64,000 nucleotides of DNA from a bacterium (GTDB lineage: Bacteria; SAR324; NAC60-12), in assembly GCA_965205865.1 (NCBI GenBank), contig CBDBHR010000030.1, positions 416,001 through 480,000 of the forward strand, in the 5' to 3' direction. Below are positions 27,223 through 38,726 of this stretch, in pieces (positions within the stretch are counted from its first letter, which is position 1; the number at the start of each line of letters is the position of its first letter). Below the pieces are notes generated by a model. The model worked only from the letters and a program-made list of their open reading frames with translations. It had not been told where the DNA came from and did not search any database. The position numbers were made by a program, and so were the translations under genes.

Positions 27223-28038
27223 TTGCCAACCATTATGACCCGTTTCAATCTTTATTCTAATCTTTCTTCACTGTTCTGCTCACGAAAATATTCTCTGATT
27301 TTCCCATTGCTACTTTTGCTGGGGAGCTTGCTGCAAAGTTGTGGCACAGGAATTGATGGTGAACTGACTACAGTCGAATTGTACCATAAAGCCTTGATGT
27401 CCTATGAAGATGATTCTCTAAAAGAGGCGCAGACTGGTTTTGAAAAAGTCATCGAGCAAAGTCCGGAAACTCGTCTGGCCACGCTTTCCTATTTGAAATT
27501 GGGTGAACTGCATTTCAATACCTCCGCATGGGATGAGGCGGAAATCAATTACCGCGCTTTCCTCGATCTCAGTCCGAATAGCCATCTGACTCCCTATGTC
27601 TTGAGCCAGCTGATTTCCCTCAACTACAAGAGAAATTTTCAGGGACTGATTTTCAAAAGCCGGGAGTCCGATCGAAATATGGAACCCAATCGAAAAATCA
27701 TCCGGGATTATCAGCGTTTTTTCTTTTTATACCCCAACAACGCCTACCTCTCCGACGTGAAAACTTTCCTGACCCGTGCCAGGAGAGACCTTGCTGATCA
27801 TGAATTTATAGTCGGGGATTTTTATTTTGAACAAAAAGCGTTTCATTCCGCGATCTCGAGGTATTTACACCTTTTGAAAACCTATCCTGAATACCCGCGA
27901 AACAAAGAAGTCGCACTGCGATTGATCGACGCCTATCAAGCCAATCAGCAACCTCAGCTTGCCGATGAAATGCGCAAAGCAATGGAAATACGCTTTGCTT
28001 CGGATCGTAATGAAGGAATGTCGTCACAGGCGCCATAA
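27223..28038 (+). CDS. bamD: Outer membrane protein assembly factor BamD (start uncertain)
   Basis: Lipobox LQSC; TPR repeats; LADHEFIVGDFY...AISRY. Confidence 0.82.
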   Translation: MPTIMTRFNLYSNLSSLFCSRKYSLIFPLLLLLGSLLQSCGTGIDGELTTVELYHKALMSYEDDSLKEAQTGFEKVIEQSPETRLATLSYLKLGELHFNTSAWDEAEINYRAFLDLSPNSHLTPYVLSQLISLNYKRNFQGLIFKSRESDRNMEPNRKIIRDYQRFFFLYPNNAYLSDVKTFLTRARRDLADHEFIVGDFYFEQKAFHSAISRYLHLLKTYPEYPRNKEVALRLIDAYQANQQPQLADEMRKAMEIRFASDRNEGMSSQAP

Positions 28039-28069
28039 AGGGGATGGGAGGATAGAACGGGGACCGTCC

Positions 28070-28540
28070 ATGAAAACTGAAGGACAGAGTATAAGTCCAT
28101 CCATGTCCCGCAAAGTTCCAATTACCGCATTTGAATCCAATTGGCATTGGGGCAAGCCCATGTTTTTTGTACGTCCTCAACGTCGATTCAAGAATGAGGA
28201 TCATATTTCGAGCAAGGGAAAGCATTTCATTTGCAAGATCTGTAAAACCCCTGTCAGCCAACCTCGCTATTTACTGGCCATCGATGGTGACACGCCTTAT
28301 CATACATTCTATAATCCCAGTCATCGTCGTTTTGACGTCATGACCCTTTCCTTCTGTCAGTCGGTGCTCGACGTTTCTCCTCCTTCAGCGGAATACGCTT
28401 GGTTTGTGGGGTACATCTGGATTGTCCTCTGTTGCGCATCTTGTTATGAGCATCTGGGATGGCGATTCGAAAGCGCAGAAAAATCACCAAAACAATTTTT
28501 CGCCATGATTGCGGACAAGCTTGAAACTGCGGCGAGCTAG
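28070..28540 (+). CDS. Bacterial cereblon (CULT domain) protein (start uncertain)
   Basis: CKIC...FYNP...AWFVGYIW...CASC..HLGWRF. Confidence 0.82.
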   Translation: MKTEGQSISPSMSRKVPITAFESNWHWGKPMFFVRPQRRFKNEDHISSKGKHFICKICKTPVSQPRYLLAIDGDTPYHTFYNPSHRRFDVMTLSFCQSVLDVSPPSAEYAWFVGYIWIVLCCASCYEHLGWRFESAEKSPKQFFAMIADKLETAAS

Positions 28541-28675
28541 CGCTCTTTGCGCATTCCAAATGCTCTGCAAAAATGGGATTTTCTCAATCTTTAGATTGAA
28601 AGTCGATGTGTTTTCAGTTAATAAGAAAGATTTATAAATTACGCGTATTCATCTTGATCCCATAAAGGAACTCAA

Positions 28676-29392
28676 ATGCCGATTTCGATAGAAGACTTGG
28701 TGGCGCTCAGTCGAACAGATCAGCAACTGAACACTTCACAACGTAGTTCAGAGCAGCTGGAGCAACAAATCATGGAAGCGCGTGAGCCACTGAGTCACTA
28801 CGAATCAGAGCTCGAGGAAAAAAAGGAACAATTTGAGTCGGTCACTCTGATCAATCGAGACGCGCAAAAAAAAATGGAGGAAGAAGATCTCTTTATCAGC
28901 AAAGTAGAAGCTCAGGTTCCTTTGATCAGAACGGTAAAAGAATTCAACGCCCGTAAAAAAGAATTGGAAGAAGCTCGGAAACGGCGTGGGATTGCGGAAA
29001 ACGAATCACTCGAAAGTGAGATCAAACAAGAAGAATACCGGACGGAGTTGAATCAGCTTCAAGAAAATTGGAGCCAGGCAAAAGAAGAATTCGAGAAAAA
29101 TATTACCGACCTGGTCCTGCGAAAAAATTCCACCACAAAAAAGCTGAATGAGTTGAAGAATCGTCAAGTCGATTTAAGGACAAAACTCGATGCCGCATTG
29201 AGTCGCCAGTATCAGAACTTTCGTCAAAGGAATATCGTTCCTGCCATTTGCCCGGTTGTCAACAAAGCATGCAGCGGATGCAACTCGGTGTTGCCGCCAC
29301 AGATGTTCAATGAAATGATTGCCAACCCGGACAAACACCGCAATTGCCCATTCTGCTTCCGTATTATTTTCTACCTTGCTGAAAAACGGTAA
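28676..29392 (+). CDS. Coiled-coil protein with C4 zinc ribbon (DUF164-like)
   Basis: Long coiled coil; CSGC...PPQ...CPFCFRI. Confidence 0.82.
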   Translation: MPISIEDLVALSRTDQQLNTSQRSSEQLEQQIMEAREPLSHYESELEEKKEQFESVTLINRDAQKKMEEEDLFISKVEAQVPLIRTVKEFNARKKELEEARKRRGIAENESLESEIKQEEYRTELNQLQENWSQAKEEFEKNITDLVLRKNSTTKKLNELKNRQVDLRTKLDAALSRQYQNFRQRNIVPAICPVVNKACSGCNSVLPPQMFNEMIANPDKHRNCPFCFRIIFYLAEKR

Positions 29393-29429
29393 TGCCCACT
29401 CATACAGGTTCATTCGGTTGTAACTCCCC

Positions 29430-30686
29430 GTGCTTATTCCTTCTTGTTTGCTTCTTTTCAAAAAATTTTTCTACCGCTTCAACTGGCGAATCACTCCATT
29501 GATTTTCTTCGTTTGTCTGGGAGTTTTCCTCTCGGGTTGCGGAGAATTTCACTATTATCTGCAAGCCATCGAAGGACATCTGGATATTTTGAACCGCAAA
29601 AAAGACTTGCGACAGTTGCTGCAAGATCCTCAAACCCCACCCCCATTGGCCAGGAAACTCAGATTGGTCCGGCATGTTCGCCAATTTGCCAAAGAACAAC
29701 TGCAATTGCCACGCATCCAGGGGTACACGGCTTATGCCGATATCGAAAAAACCTATGTCAGTACGGTGGTGACGGCCTCTCAGGCCTTGAAACTGGAGCC
29801 ATACCAATGGTGTTTTTTATTCGTAGGATGCGTGGCGTATCGCGGGTACTTTGATTCTGCGCGGGCAAAAGCCTATGCCGGTCAATTGGCAAAAGAAGGC
29901 TGGGACGTCGCTCTCGGAAAAGTTCGCGCCTATTCGACTTTAAAGTGGTTGAATAATGAATTTATGCCCGATTATTTCAAAGACCCCATTCTCAATACAT
30001 TTATTGAACGTTCAGACAGGGAGATTATTGGCACCTTGATTCACGAAATGGCCCATCAAGTGGTTTTTGTTGCCGGAGACACTTCCTTCAATGAATCTTT
30101 TGCTGTCTTTGTGGAACAGGAAGGGATGAAGCAATATATGCAATCCCGCAATCAAGAAGACTCCCCGGCATACCGGCGTTATCTTCAGAGCAATGAAGAC
30201 CAAAACCGCTTTCTGCGGATCATCCGGACCTTCTATAAGAGATTCGAGGAACTCTATCACTCACCATTGTCGGAAAAGGAGAAATTGCTTCACAAAAAGC
30301 GACTTTTTCTGGAAATGCGGGAAAAATATCGACAAATTGCGCATCAATTCAAAGTGTTGAATTACCGCGGTTGGTTTGAACAACCCTTGAACAATGCGCA
30401 TTTATTGGGAATAAAGCGATACCATAGTTATACGACTTCTTTCCAGCGAATTTTTGAGGAGCAGCATCGGCATTGGCCTGCATTTTTTAAGACAATTGAA
30501 GAAATTGCAGATCTTCCCAAAGATGAGCGTGACGCCTATTTACAGTCGCGACAATCCACGAACCGAGGTTCTTTTTCGGAAAACCAGGGGTTTTCAAAGG
30601 GGAATATCCGGAAGGGAAATTTCAGGATTCTGCCGAAAAAACGATTTTACTCAAATCCATATAATCTGCAGACCAATTTGCAATAG
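29430..30686 (+). CDS. Putative zinc aminopeptidase lipoprotein
   Basis: LSGC lipobox; WCFLFVGCVAYRGYF, HEMAH and FNESFA motifs. Confidence 0.82.
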   Translation: MLIPSCLLLFKKFFYRFNWRITPLIFFVCLGVFLSGCGEFHYYLQAIEGHLDILNRKKDLRQLLQDPQTPPPLARKLRLVRHVRQFAKEQLQLPRIQGYTAYADIEKTYVSTVVTASQALKLEPYQWCFLFVGCVAYRGYFDSARAKAYAGQLAKEGWDVALGKVRAYSTLKWLNNEFMPDYFKDPILNTFIERSDREIIGTLIHEMAHQVVFVAGDTSFNESFAVFVEQEGMKQYMQSRNQEDSPAYRRYLQSNEDQNRFLRIIRTFYKRFEELYHSPLSEKEKLLHKKRLFLEMREKYRQIAHQFKVLNYRGWFEQPLNNAHLLGIKRYHSYTTSFQRIFEEQHRHWPAFFKTIEEIADLPKDERDAYLQSRQSTNRGSFSENQGFSKGNIRKGNFRILPKKRFYSNPYNLQTNLQ

Positions 30687-32697
30687 AACGGCATAGGAAC
30701 AAACGATTGCGCCTCTTGGCGCAATCTTCATCCATCACCAGGATTTTATCGAAAAAGAGAGTAATTGCAGGTTCCAGTTCAAAAAGAGTTTGAAAATATT
30801 GATTCAAATCCGCTGCGGAATCAGTCAAAGGCACGACTTTTTTCCACAAAGCTTTTTCTTCTTTTTCAGTGTAGGATTCTATTGAAACCCAATCAGGAAG
30901 ATTGCTTTGATTTTTTGAAATATTGTTTGCGCGGACGATAGCTTCGACTGCTCGTTTGAACGCGGGAGATTCCAAATGATCTCTTGCCATCTCCGCCAAT
31001 TGCAGTTGTTGCATGGGCAATAAGGCTTTTGCAGCCAATGACGCCTCGATCACGTCGAAGCGGATCTTGGCTTCCTGCATGAAAAAACGTTGCCGCAGCG
31101 CAAAAAACCTTAACAGTTCCCCTGTGATTCCAGGAATATCCAGACTCAAATCCTGTTGCTCATTCAAAATTTCCAGGCAGCGAACGGAAAGCTCATGAAG
31201 AGAAATGAGCAACTTCGATTCCAGCACTATCTGGACGATGCCCTGTGCCATCCGACGTAACGCATAGGGATCTGCAGAGCCTGTGGGAATGAGATCAAGG
31301 GAAAATGCAGTGGCCAGCATGTCTAGTTTGTCGGCTATGGCTACCGCGGCAATTTCAAGATGCCGTGGGATACTGTCTTGGGCAAAACGGGGATGGTAGT
31401 GTTCCCGTATTCCCTCACTGACCAAGGGATCCTCTTTCCGCAAGCGGGCATAATGGGCGCCAATGACTCCTTGCAAGGATGGAAATTCAGAAACCATCTG
31501 GGTTTGCAGGTCGAATTTACAGAGTGTGGCAAGTCGTTCAACTACATTTTTTTGTTGCTCATTCATACCAAGCTGCTCTGCAACGAAAATGCTCAGGATT
31601 TGCAAGCGTTCAATTCGTTGCGCAAGGGAGCCGCGTTTATGGAAAAAAACCACCCGTTGCGCTTTTTTATTGAAAAATGCCGGATCATGTTTTTGATCTT
31701 CCAGAAAAAAGAAGCGAGCATCATTCAAACGAGCGCGAATCACTTTCTCATTACCGCGCACTACGATTCGAGATTGGTGAGTGTTTCCATTACGAACCGT
31801 AATGAAACAAGGTAGCAATCGTTGATTTTTATCATATACGGGAAAGTAGCGCTGGTGTTTGGCCATAGCAGTCACCAGCACTTCCGGAGGCAGCAGCAAA
31901 AAATCATGCGCAAAATTTCCCAGCAAAACCGTGGGCCATTCCAGCAGGTTGGTCACTTCTTCCAAGAGTTCTTCTTCCATGACGACACAAAAATTATGTC
32001 TCTCTTCCAAAACCCTGACTTGCTCGACAATCATTGAACGCCTTTTTTCGTGATTGGCAACCACATGCAGTGTTTCCATCAAAGTGGGATATTGTTCGGC
32101 ATGAGGCAATAAAACAGGTTCCGCATGCAAAAAACGATGACCATGCAGGAGATTGTCGGCAGTTACCATTTCCAGGGAAACCGGTAGGAGTTGATCATTC
32201 CACAAAGAAATCAACCAGCGCACGGGGCGGATATATTTCATTTTATATTGGCCCCAGCGCATACTGCGGGGAAAGGAGAGCTCGGTGATCCACCCTTTGA
32301 CGTGCTCTTCTATCACCCGGGACGTTCGCTTGCCTCGAATTTCCTTACGGATGAATAAAAAATCCTTGCCTTTGAAATCTCTGATGAACAAGTCCTTGAC
32401 ACCTGATTGATTTTTCTTCACAAACCCGGCAGCCGCTTTATTCCAGTTACCGTTTTCGTCCCTGGCAATACGCTCGGGAGGGCCTTTGATCTCCAAGAAC
32501 CGGTCTTGCTGCTTGTCTGGCAGTCCTCTTACTAAAACGGCCAGGCGTCGTGGAGAAGAAAATATTTGCAGGGATTCGAATGTAATTTGGTTTTGTTGAC
32601 AAGTCGTCCGAATTTTTTCCGCAAGTTGTTGTGCCGAAGGCACGATCACATCTGCAGGCATTTCTTCCAAACCGATTTCCAGTAAATAAGCATTCAT
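30622..32697 (-). CDS. glyS: Glycine-tRNA ligase beta subunit
   Basis: [20 protein letters not shown] and [10 protein letters not shown] motifs; ATGA overlap with glyQ. Confidence 0.95.
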   Translation of the reverse strand: MNAYLLEIGLEEMPADVIVPSAQQLAEKIRTTCQQNQITFESLQIFSSPRRLAVLVRGLPDKQQDRFLEIKGPPERIARDENGNWNKAAAGFVKKNQSGVKDLFIRDFKGKDFLFIRKEIRGKRTSRVIEEHVKGWITELSFPRSMRWGQYKMKYIRPVRWLISLWNDQLLPVSLEMVTADNLLHGHRFLHAEPVLLPHAEQYPTLMETLHVVANHEKRRSMIVEQVRVLEERHNFCVVMEEELLEEVTNLLEWPTVLLGNFAHDFLLLPPEVLVTAMAKHQRYFPVYDKNQRLLPCFITVRNGNTHQSRIVVRGNEKVIRARLNDARFFFLEDQKHDPAFFNKKAQRVVFFHKRGSLAQRIERLQILSIFVAEQLGMNEQQKNVVERLATLCKFDLQTQMVSEFPSLQGVIGAHYARLRKEDPLVSEGIREHYHPRFAQDSIPRHLEIAAVAIADKLDMLATAFSLDLIPTGSADPYALRRMAQGIVQIVLESKLLISLHELSVRCLEILNEQQDLSLDIPGITGELLRFFALRQRFFMQEAKIRFDVIEASLAAKALLPMQQLQLAEMARDHLESPAFKRAVEAIVRANNISKNQSNLPDWVSIESYTEKEEKALWKKVVPLTDSAADLNQYFQTLFELEPAITLFFDKILVMDEDCAKRRNRLFLCRSIANWSADYMDLSKIVFSAES

Positions 32698-33629
32698 TGT
32701 GATTTTTCCATTTCCTTGATCCGGATTTCGGCTGATTGACGATCCTGCAATAAGGGGAACTCCAGTTTCCGACGTTCCTCCAGGAATAAGACGGCAATCT
32801 GATGGGACAGCTTTCGCACGCGGTCGATATAGGTGGCACGTTCCGAAACGCTGATCGCCCCTGCCGCATCCAATTGATTGAAGGTATGGGAGCATTTCAG
32901 TACGTAGTCGTATGCGGGGAAAACGAGTTTCTGCTCCATGCACCTCCATGCTTCCGATTCATACTGCTTGAACAGCCTGAAGAGGAAATCCCCTTCAAGG
33001 ACTTCAAAGGTATATTTGGAATGTTCAAATTCAGGCTGCCTGAAAACAGCGTTATAAGAAATCCCTTCGGTAAGCTCCAGGTCAAAGACATTTTCTTTCT
33101 CCTGCAGACAGGAAGCCAGACGTTCCAATCCATAAGTCAATTCCACGGAAATCGGATTGCATTCCAATCCACCAATTTGCTGAAAATAAGTGTATTGGGT
33201 CACTTCCATGCCATCCAGCCAAACTTCCCATCCCAACCCCCAGGCGCCCAAGGTGGGAGATTCCCAATTGTCCTCGACAAAACGGATGTCATGTTCCAGG
33301 GGATTCAAATCCAGCTCCCGCAAAGAATCCAAATAGATGTCTTGAACGTCGTCCGGCATTGGTTTCAGAATGACCTGGTACTGGTGGTGCTGATAGAGAC
33401 GATTGGGGTTGCCTCCATAGCGCCCATCCGCAGGGCGACGGGAGGGTTCCACATAAGCGACGTTCCAGTTTTCCGGACCAATCGTCCGCAGAAAGGTTGC
33501 CGGATTCATCGTTCCGGCTCCTTTTTCGATATCATAGGGGTTCATCAATAAACAGCCATGCTTTGCCCAAAACTGATGCAAAGTCATAATGATGTCCTGC
33601 AAGCTACGCGACTTTTTTGTGTGGGTCAT
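32694..33629 (-). CDS. glyQ: Glycine-tRNA ligase alpha subunit
   Basis: [14 protein letters not shown] and TYGLERL motifs. Confidence 0.97.
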   Translation of the reverse strand: MTHTKKSRSLQDIIMTLHQFWAKHGCLLMNPYDIEKGAGTMNPATFLRTIGPENWNVAYVEPSRRPADGRYGGNPNRLYQHHQYQVILKPMPDDVQDIYLDSLRELDLNPLEHDIRFVEDNWESPTLGAWGLGWEVWLDGMEVTQYTYFQQIGGLECNPISVELTYGLERLASCLQEKENVFDLELTEGISYNAVFRQPEFEHSKYTFEVLEGDFLFRLFKQYESEAWRCMEQKLVFPAYDYVLKCSHTFNQLDAAGAISVSERATYIDRVRKLSHQIAVLFLEERRKLEFPLLQDRQSAEIRIKEMEKSQ

Positions 33630-33895
33630 GGCAGAGTTGGAATGAAATGAGTTATATGTGGAAGACAGAAAGTAATCTGGCAGATTCTGGTTTTATAACC
33701 TTTCATAAGGAAATGGACAAATGATTTTTAAATCGTTCTTGATTTGCATAAAATCGCTCAGGCGCTGAACCTCAATGGATTTTCTCTAATACCTCAGACC
33801 ATTCCCGATCGCTCGAGTCGCATGCATACATCTCTCTCCTTTTGAAAAAAGTGGAAATTCAGCAGACAAGCAATTTCTTGACAAAACAACTTCTT

Positions 33896-34127
33896 AACTG
33901 ATGTTACCGTGAAGAAAACTATCTAACTTACTGAAACTATATGGTTTGTTATTTTTATTCATCCTCCGGGGTGAAAATAATTTTCATGAAGGTTACGTGA
34001 ACGATTTTTACAGTTATGCGTCTCATCGAGTTGTCATTCCTAGCGAAGACCAGGAATCCACCGGGCTGACGATCCAGGGTAACTAAAACGTTTCATATAA
34101 ATCTTTCCATTGATGATTATTTTTCTC
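33896..34127. mobile_element. End remnant of the GIY-YIG/REP element
   Basis: 33896-33997 is the inverse of 52979-53083; the rest matches 52413-52554 including a REP (34033-34059) and the last GIY-YIG codons. Confidence 0.88.
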
Positions 34128-35034
34128 GCTGATCGCAGGGGGCTCTCTTCCTCAGGTGAAGAGACCAGGTTATGGGTGCGAGGGGAGGAACGTCGGTTCG
34201 TCCCTTGAGATACTTCCGATCATGATCGGTGGGTGATTCGTTACGGACAACTTCCCACACGCCACCGGGATTCAGCACAGCACCAACCAAGGCCGGGTCA
34301 AAACGCGAGATCATGGGTTCGCCCCGCTTTTCTACGAACGACATCATATCGTTGAAAAGCGACCGGTCTTCCGGTGGAACGCACTCGGTTGCGATCAGAT
34401 AGTCGAATACAACCTCCGAGCCGGGAGCCCCGATCTCGGCCAGCCGATCCAGGTTGCCCAGGATGGCAGCTTGGGTGAGGTAATAGGTCACCCCCATCCA
34501 GTTAAAGAACGATCGCCGGGAGGTGTCGAGCCCGGCCGCAACCAGCTTCGCTTTGAGATCGTCCTTCTCGAAGTCGAAGGGGATGAAAGACAGGTGTTCG
34601 GGAACCTTCAGGTTCACGTTCGCAAGACGTTCTCTCTTAAGATCGCTCGTCGTTGCCAGATCGACCTCGAATACTGTCAGGTCAAGGTTAGGGCGGCGGA
34701 ATGCGAACGTATCGAATCCTGCTCCAAGAATCACGTATTGGTTCACGCCATTACAGACCGCCTCTTCCAGACAGTCTTCGGCGAAGCGAGCTCGAGTCAG
34801 ATGCTGGGTGGTCACAGGCATGAGCCTTTTCAGAAGGACTTTGGAAAACAGCGTGTCGAGCACCCTCGACCCGATGATCCGGCGCCACCGATTCCCGATG
34901 AAATAGATGGCGTAGGGGTCGTTAAAGACGGGGGGCTTGTCGTGCTTGAGAAGGTGTCGGGCACGGCTTACCGCCACGATTTCAGCTGTTCGGCTTCCGC
35001 GGATACGAGCACGATTGACCGGTGCTTGTGTCAT
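34117..35034 (-). CDS. Class I SAM-dependent methyltransferase (LCM-like family)
   Basis: DPYA, QYVILGAGFDTFAFR, FEVD and GVTYYL motifs; higher GC than core genes. Confidence 0.88.
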   Translation of the reverse strand: MTQAPVNRARIRGSRTAEIVAVSRARHLLKHDKPPVFNDPYAIYFIGNRWRRIIGSRVLDTLFSKVLLKRLMPVTTQHLTRARFAEDCLEEAVCNGVNQYVILGAGFDTFAFRRPNLDLTVFEVDLATTSDLKRERLANVNLKVPEHLSFIPFDFEKDDLKAKLVAAGLDTSRRSFFNWMGVTYYLTQAAILGNLDRLAEIGAPGSEVVFDYLIATECVPPEDRSLFNDMMSFVEKRGEPMISRFDPALVGAVLNPGGVWEVVRNESPTDHDRKYLKGRTDVPPLAPITWSLHLRKRAPCDQREK

Positions 35035-35183
35035 AGATCCTCCTTCTCTTCGTCTCGATTCACGCCGACCCCCACGTGCGGGGAATAGTAAAGATAGTTA
35101 CAATGGAAAACAAACAGTCTCCGAGGGTTGTGATAGTATTGAAGTTTGTCAAAATTCAAACTACCCTTTTAGAGGAGATAGTC

Positions 35184-35320
35184 ACGAAAAAGGTTAACAT
35201 TGAATCTTAATCAGGGCAAATATTTTTTTTGGAATCGATGCGCATAAGAAAGCCTTTCACATAACCCTTCGGACTTTTTGATTGCGAGTTGGCAGTTAAT
35301 CGATACAGGGCCAATTGATC
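35184..35320 (+). pseudogene. IS110-family 5' remnant
   Basis: Degenerate frame containing GIDAHKK after a GAGGAG RBS. Confidence 0.5.
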
Positions 35321-35322
35321 AG

Positions 35323-35625
35323 AATCGGGAATCGGGGAAATCGGGGTCAGAATCGGGGTCAGGCTTGCAAGTTTGCAAAAATGGGGTATTTTTTTAAATT
35401 TTAACCTTTTCAATTTGCCAAGATGTCTCTGAAACTGCGTTTGTAGTACTCTGGTACGCTTTATTATGTGATACTTCGAGGCAATGGGGGCAACGTATTT
35501 TTTCGATGACAGCAACTCTCGACGCTTTTATCAGTCTTCAATTGGAAATCCGCAACAATCCGGGAAGTGGCAAATGCTCTCAAGCGAGATGATGCTACTT
35601 TCAGTCAGAGCGCGCGATTCGAGAT
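35323..35625 (+). mobile_element. Degenerate, internally deleted RAYT element with a stuttered IR
   Basis: IR GGGGTCAGGCTTGCAAGTTTG at 35355; ATG 35423 MSLKLRL*YSGTLYYVILRGNGG fused to FNWKSATIREVANALKRDD. Confidence 0.8.
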
Positions 35626-36016
35626 TTGTTGAGAAAAAGGAGTCAGTTGGTACGTTTCAAAACAACCAATATTCTCAGTGCTCAAAATATTCTCTCCCGT
35701 CAAAGCGGCCAAATCTTGAAGGCCAATGAAATCATGAAAATAGTTCCCGGTGATCTTCCTTATATGCTAAAAAATGAGGACACGATTATGGCCTTGGAGA
35801 GCAATCTCATGATGATCCATATTCTGAAGGAACGAATAAAACAGGTGGAAAAGCGGATTCGTCAACGGATCCAATTAAAACCAGAGTATAAAAAATTGTT
35901 AACCGTCTCAGGGACCGGAACAATCCTCGCCTTAACCGTCATGTTAGAAACAGGAGAGATTAGTCGATTTCCCGGCGTGAGCGATTTTGTTTCTTATTGT
36001 CGAAATGCTCCCAGTA
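35626..36016 (+). pseudogene. IS110-family transposase internal fragment
   Basis: LLTVSGTGTILALTVMLETGEISRF...SYCR. Confidence 0.8.
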
Positions 36017-36820
36017 AAAAACGGGTGTGTCCCACTTAATCTACGTGGGATGAGCCCTTGGAGGGGGCAATTGATGTACAGTCCGGCCGAGATACTTCAC
36101 GGCCTGATAGATCCACAGACAATTGTCCCGACCCTTCTCGGAGCGAAAGCCGTCGTGTTCGATTTCCAGTCGTCGCAGGACTCGCATGCCGCTTTCGGCC
36201 AGAGAATTGCGCCGGAGCCCGTCCTTTCGCAAGTACTCGGTCATCCATTCGAAATGGGACTCCAAGAACCGGAGGACTTTCTCAAAGGGCTTCGAATGGC
36301 GTTGATCCCGCGGCATCTGTTTCAAGGTGTGCAGCGCCGCGCGGACTTGCTCTTCGTACTGACTGTCTTCGAAGATGTTCCGGACACCACCCAAGAAGGC
36401 GCGCAAGCGACCGATCTGCTCATCGGCCTCGACGATCTCGATCAAGCGCTGCTTTTCTTCGGGACTCATTCGCTTTTCGGCCTTGAACAGCAGGTAGCGG
36501 TTCTCCCACAGGCTCTGAGCCAAGGTATGGAGCCGAGTCTTGCTGCTCAGCCCCAAGCGCTGATGGACATTTTGACCACGGGTATCGATTGTGATCACCA
36601 GAACCCCGTTTTCATAAGCCCCAGTGAGGGCACAGTCGGGATTGGATTCAATGACTTCGATGCTAATCGGGACGGTGACAAATAGTGCCATCTCTGCCTC
36701 TTTTTTCGGGTGGGTTTGCAGTCACCCTAATAGGAGATAAGCAGGAAAGTCAGTTTGTCAAGTCCTTTCAATCAGTTAGGCCAGATTCGAGATAGATTCA
36801 GTGGGACACACCCTGTTTTT
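36017..36820. repeat. Inverted pair TAGATT(A/C)AGTGGGACACACCC bracketing a transposase fragment
   Basis: 36023-36043 and 36793-36813 match 20/21, each continuing into a T-run. Confidence 0.8.
36041..36691 (-). pseudogene. Internally deleted DDE transposase, family unassigned
   Basis: RYLLFK...RRNSLAESGMRVLRR...GFRS; too short for a full transposase. Confidence 0.6.
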
Positions 36821-38102
36821 CCAAGAAACGGTATGCGTATCGATGATTGTCACAACCGGGTTCATCTATGCGTTGAATGCTAATGCCATCGAGCATCAAA
36901 GTTTGAAATCCCGGAACAATAATATTATTCAAAATGTTCAATTGGGCCCACGTCCTTACTATTTGATTGAAGACATGGACGAAAGTACATTGAAGCGCGA
37001 ATTGCAACAATGCGCGGATGGTCCATTTTATAAAACGGATTTTTCCATCGGACACCGGGGAGCTCCCTTGCAATTTCCGGAGCATACCAAGGAATCCTAT
37101 GAGGCGGCCGCTCGAATGGGAGCGGGAATTCTCGAGTGTGACGTGACTTTTACGAAGGACCGCCAGTTGGTTTGTCGTCATTCCCAATGTGATCTCCATA
37201 CCACCACCAATATACTGGCGAAACCGGAATTGGCGGTAAAATGTACGGAAGGCTTTGCACCTGCGGAGTTTGACCCTGAAACAGGAGAACTCGTCAAGAA
37301 GGCAACTGCAAAATGCTGTACCAGTGACATCACTCTGGTCGAATTCAAATCTTTGAACGGCAAGATGGATGCGGCAACTCTTGAAGCCCGGAACCCGGAA
37401 GAATACATGGGCGGCACCGCAAATTGGCGTACGGATTTATATACCTCCAACGGGACTTTGTTGACGCATGCGGAAAGTATCGAATTGTTTGAAAAATTGG
37501 ATGTGAAAATGACTCCTGAACTCAAAGCTCCCAGTGTGACGATGCCGTATGAAGGTGACTACACTCAGGAAAAATATGCGCAGCAACTGATTGATGAATA
37601 TAAAAAGGTTGGAATATCGCCTGGAGACGTATTTGCGCAGTCCTTCAATTTGAATGACGTGCTGTACTGGTTAGAGAAGGAACCTCGATTCGGGAAGCAG
37701 GGAGTCTATCTGGATGGTCGTTACAGTGTTGAAGGTTTCGATCACGACAATCCCTCTACCTGGTCTCCCAACATGGAAGAATTGTTTACCAGGGGAGTAC
37801 GCATCGTCGCTCCCCCCATGTGGATGTTGGTGAAAGTCGACGAGCAAGGTCATATTGTTCCCTCCGAATATGCAAAATATGCGAAAGCTGCCGGTTTGGA
37901 AATCATCACGTGGACGATTGAGCGGTCCGGTCCGTTGAAGACAGGAGGCGATTGGTATTTTCAATCCGTCAAAGAAGTCATCGACAATGACGGTGATATG
38001 TTGGAAGTATTGCATGTTCTGGCCAAAGATGTTGGCATCCTGGGTATTTTCTCTGACTGGCCGGCAACCGTCACATACTATGCAAATTGTAAAAATTTAT
38101 AA
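36801..38102 (+). CDS. Glycerophosphodiester phosphodiesterase; 5' end overlaps the IR
   Basis: IGHRGA, PEHT, ECDV, RHSQCDL and GIFSDWP motifs. Confidence 0.9.
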   Translation: MGHTLFFQETVCVSMIVTTGFIYALNANAIEHQSLKSRNNNIIQNVQLGPRPYYLIEDMDESTLKRELQQCADGPFYKTDFSIGHRGAPLQFPEHTKESYEAAARMGAGILECDVTFTKDRQLVCRHSQCDLHTTTNILAKPELAVKCTEGFAPAEFDPETGELVKKATAKCCTSDITLVEFKSLNGKMDAATLEARNPEEYMGGTANWRTDLYTSNGTLLTHAESIELFEKLDVKMTPELKAPSVTMPYEGDYTQEKYAQQLIDEYKKVGISPGDVFAQSFNLNDVLYWLEKEPRFGKQGVYLDGRYSVEGFDHDNPSTWSPNMEELFTRGVRIVAPPMWMLVKVDEQGHIVPSEYAKYAKAAGLEIITWTIERSGPLKTGGDWYFQSVKEVIDNDGDMLEVLHVLAKDVGILGIFSDWPATVTYYANCKNL

Positions 38103-38354
38103 TTCGCTCAGCTCTCCCGAAATCGTCTGTTTCAGAGCAAAAACAAATACGCGCGAAAAGTTTCTTTTGTTTGAATATTGCTTTAATCCGGTACTCGAGG
38201 AGACTTGCTCATCGACGATGCAAGGATTCTCTTTCCTGTCAAGCACTAGTTGGTATTCTCCAAAATCCTTTCAATGCCCCGTTATTCGTATCGTGATAAG
38301 GATTCAATTCAATAACCAATGGTATATTTCTACTTGATTTGGGATATAATGTTA

Positions 38355-38516
38355 TTATGAGGACATTCCTGTCACAGCCACCCACGCCTTGCCATGATCT
38401 TGACGAGGCTTTAAGGTTATTTCCACATCCGTATCGAGCTTACGGAGATAAGACACCAAGCGTTCAAGTGTGAAACGGTCGAATTGCTGTCTGTAAATTT
38501 TAGACATTTCGACAGT
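38355..38516 (-). pseudogene. C-terminal fragment of an XRE/HigA-like antitoxin
   Basis: SKIYRQQFDRFTLERLVSYLRKLDTDVEITLKPR. Confidence 0.55.
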
Positions 38517-38726
38517 TATTATAACGATTCTCTCTTTCTCTTTTCAGGAAAAGTATTGGCCCCTGTTCTCAAGTCACTAGGCCAATGAGATATCCAGCTT
38601 TTGTCGATTCAACAGGTGTAAGATGACGCGTTTTGTCAGGTTGCATGACTTACGAGAACCGCCTCCTTTCGTTCAGGTACTTTTGTCCCTGTTGCGGTGT
38701 CGTGTACAACGCGAAGCTTCACGAGG

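Noticed and set aside
32698-32949. N-terminal extension of GlyS
   Set aside because: Overlaps glyQ; the real start is the ATGA-coupled ATG at 32697
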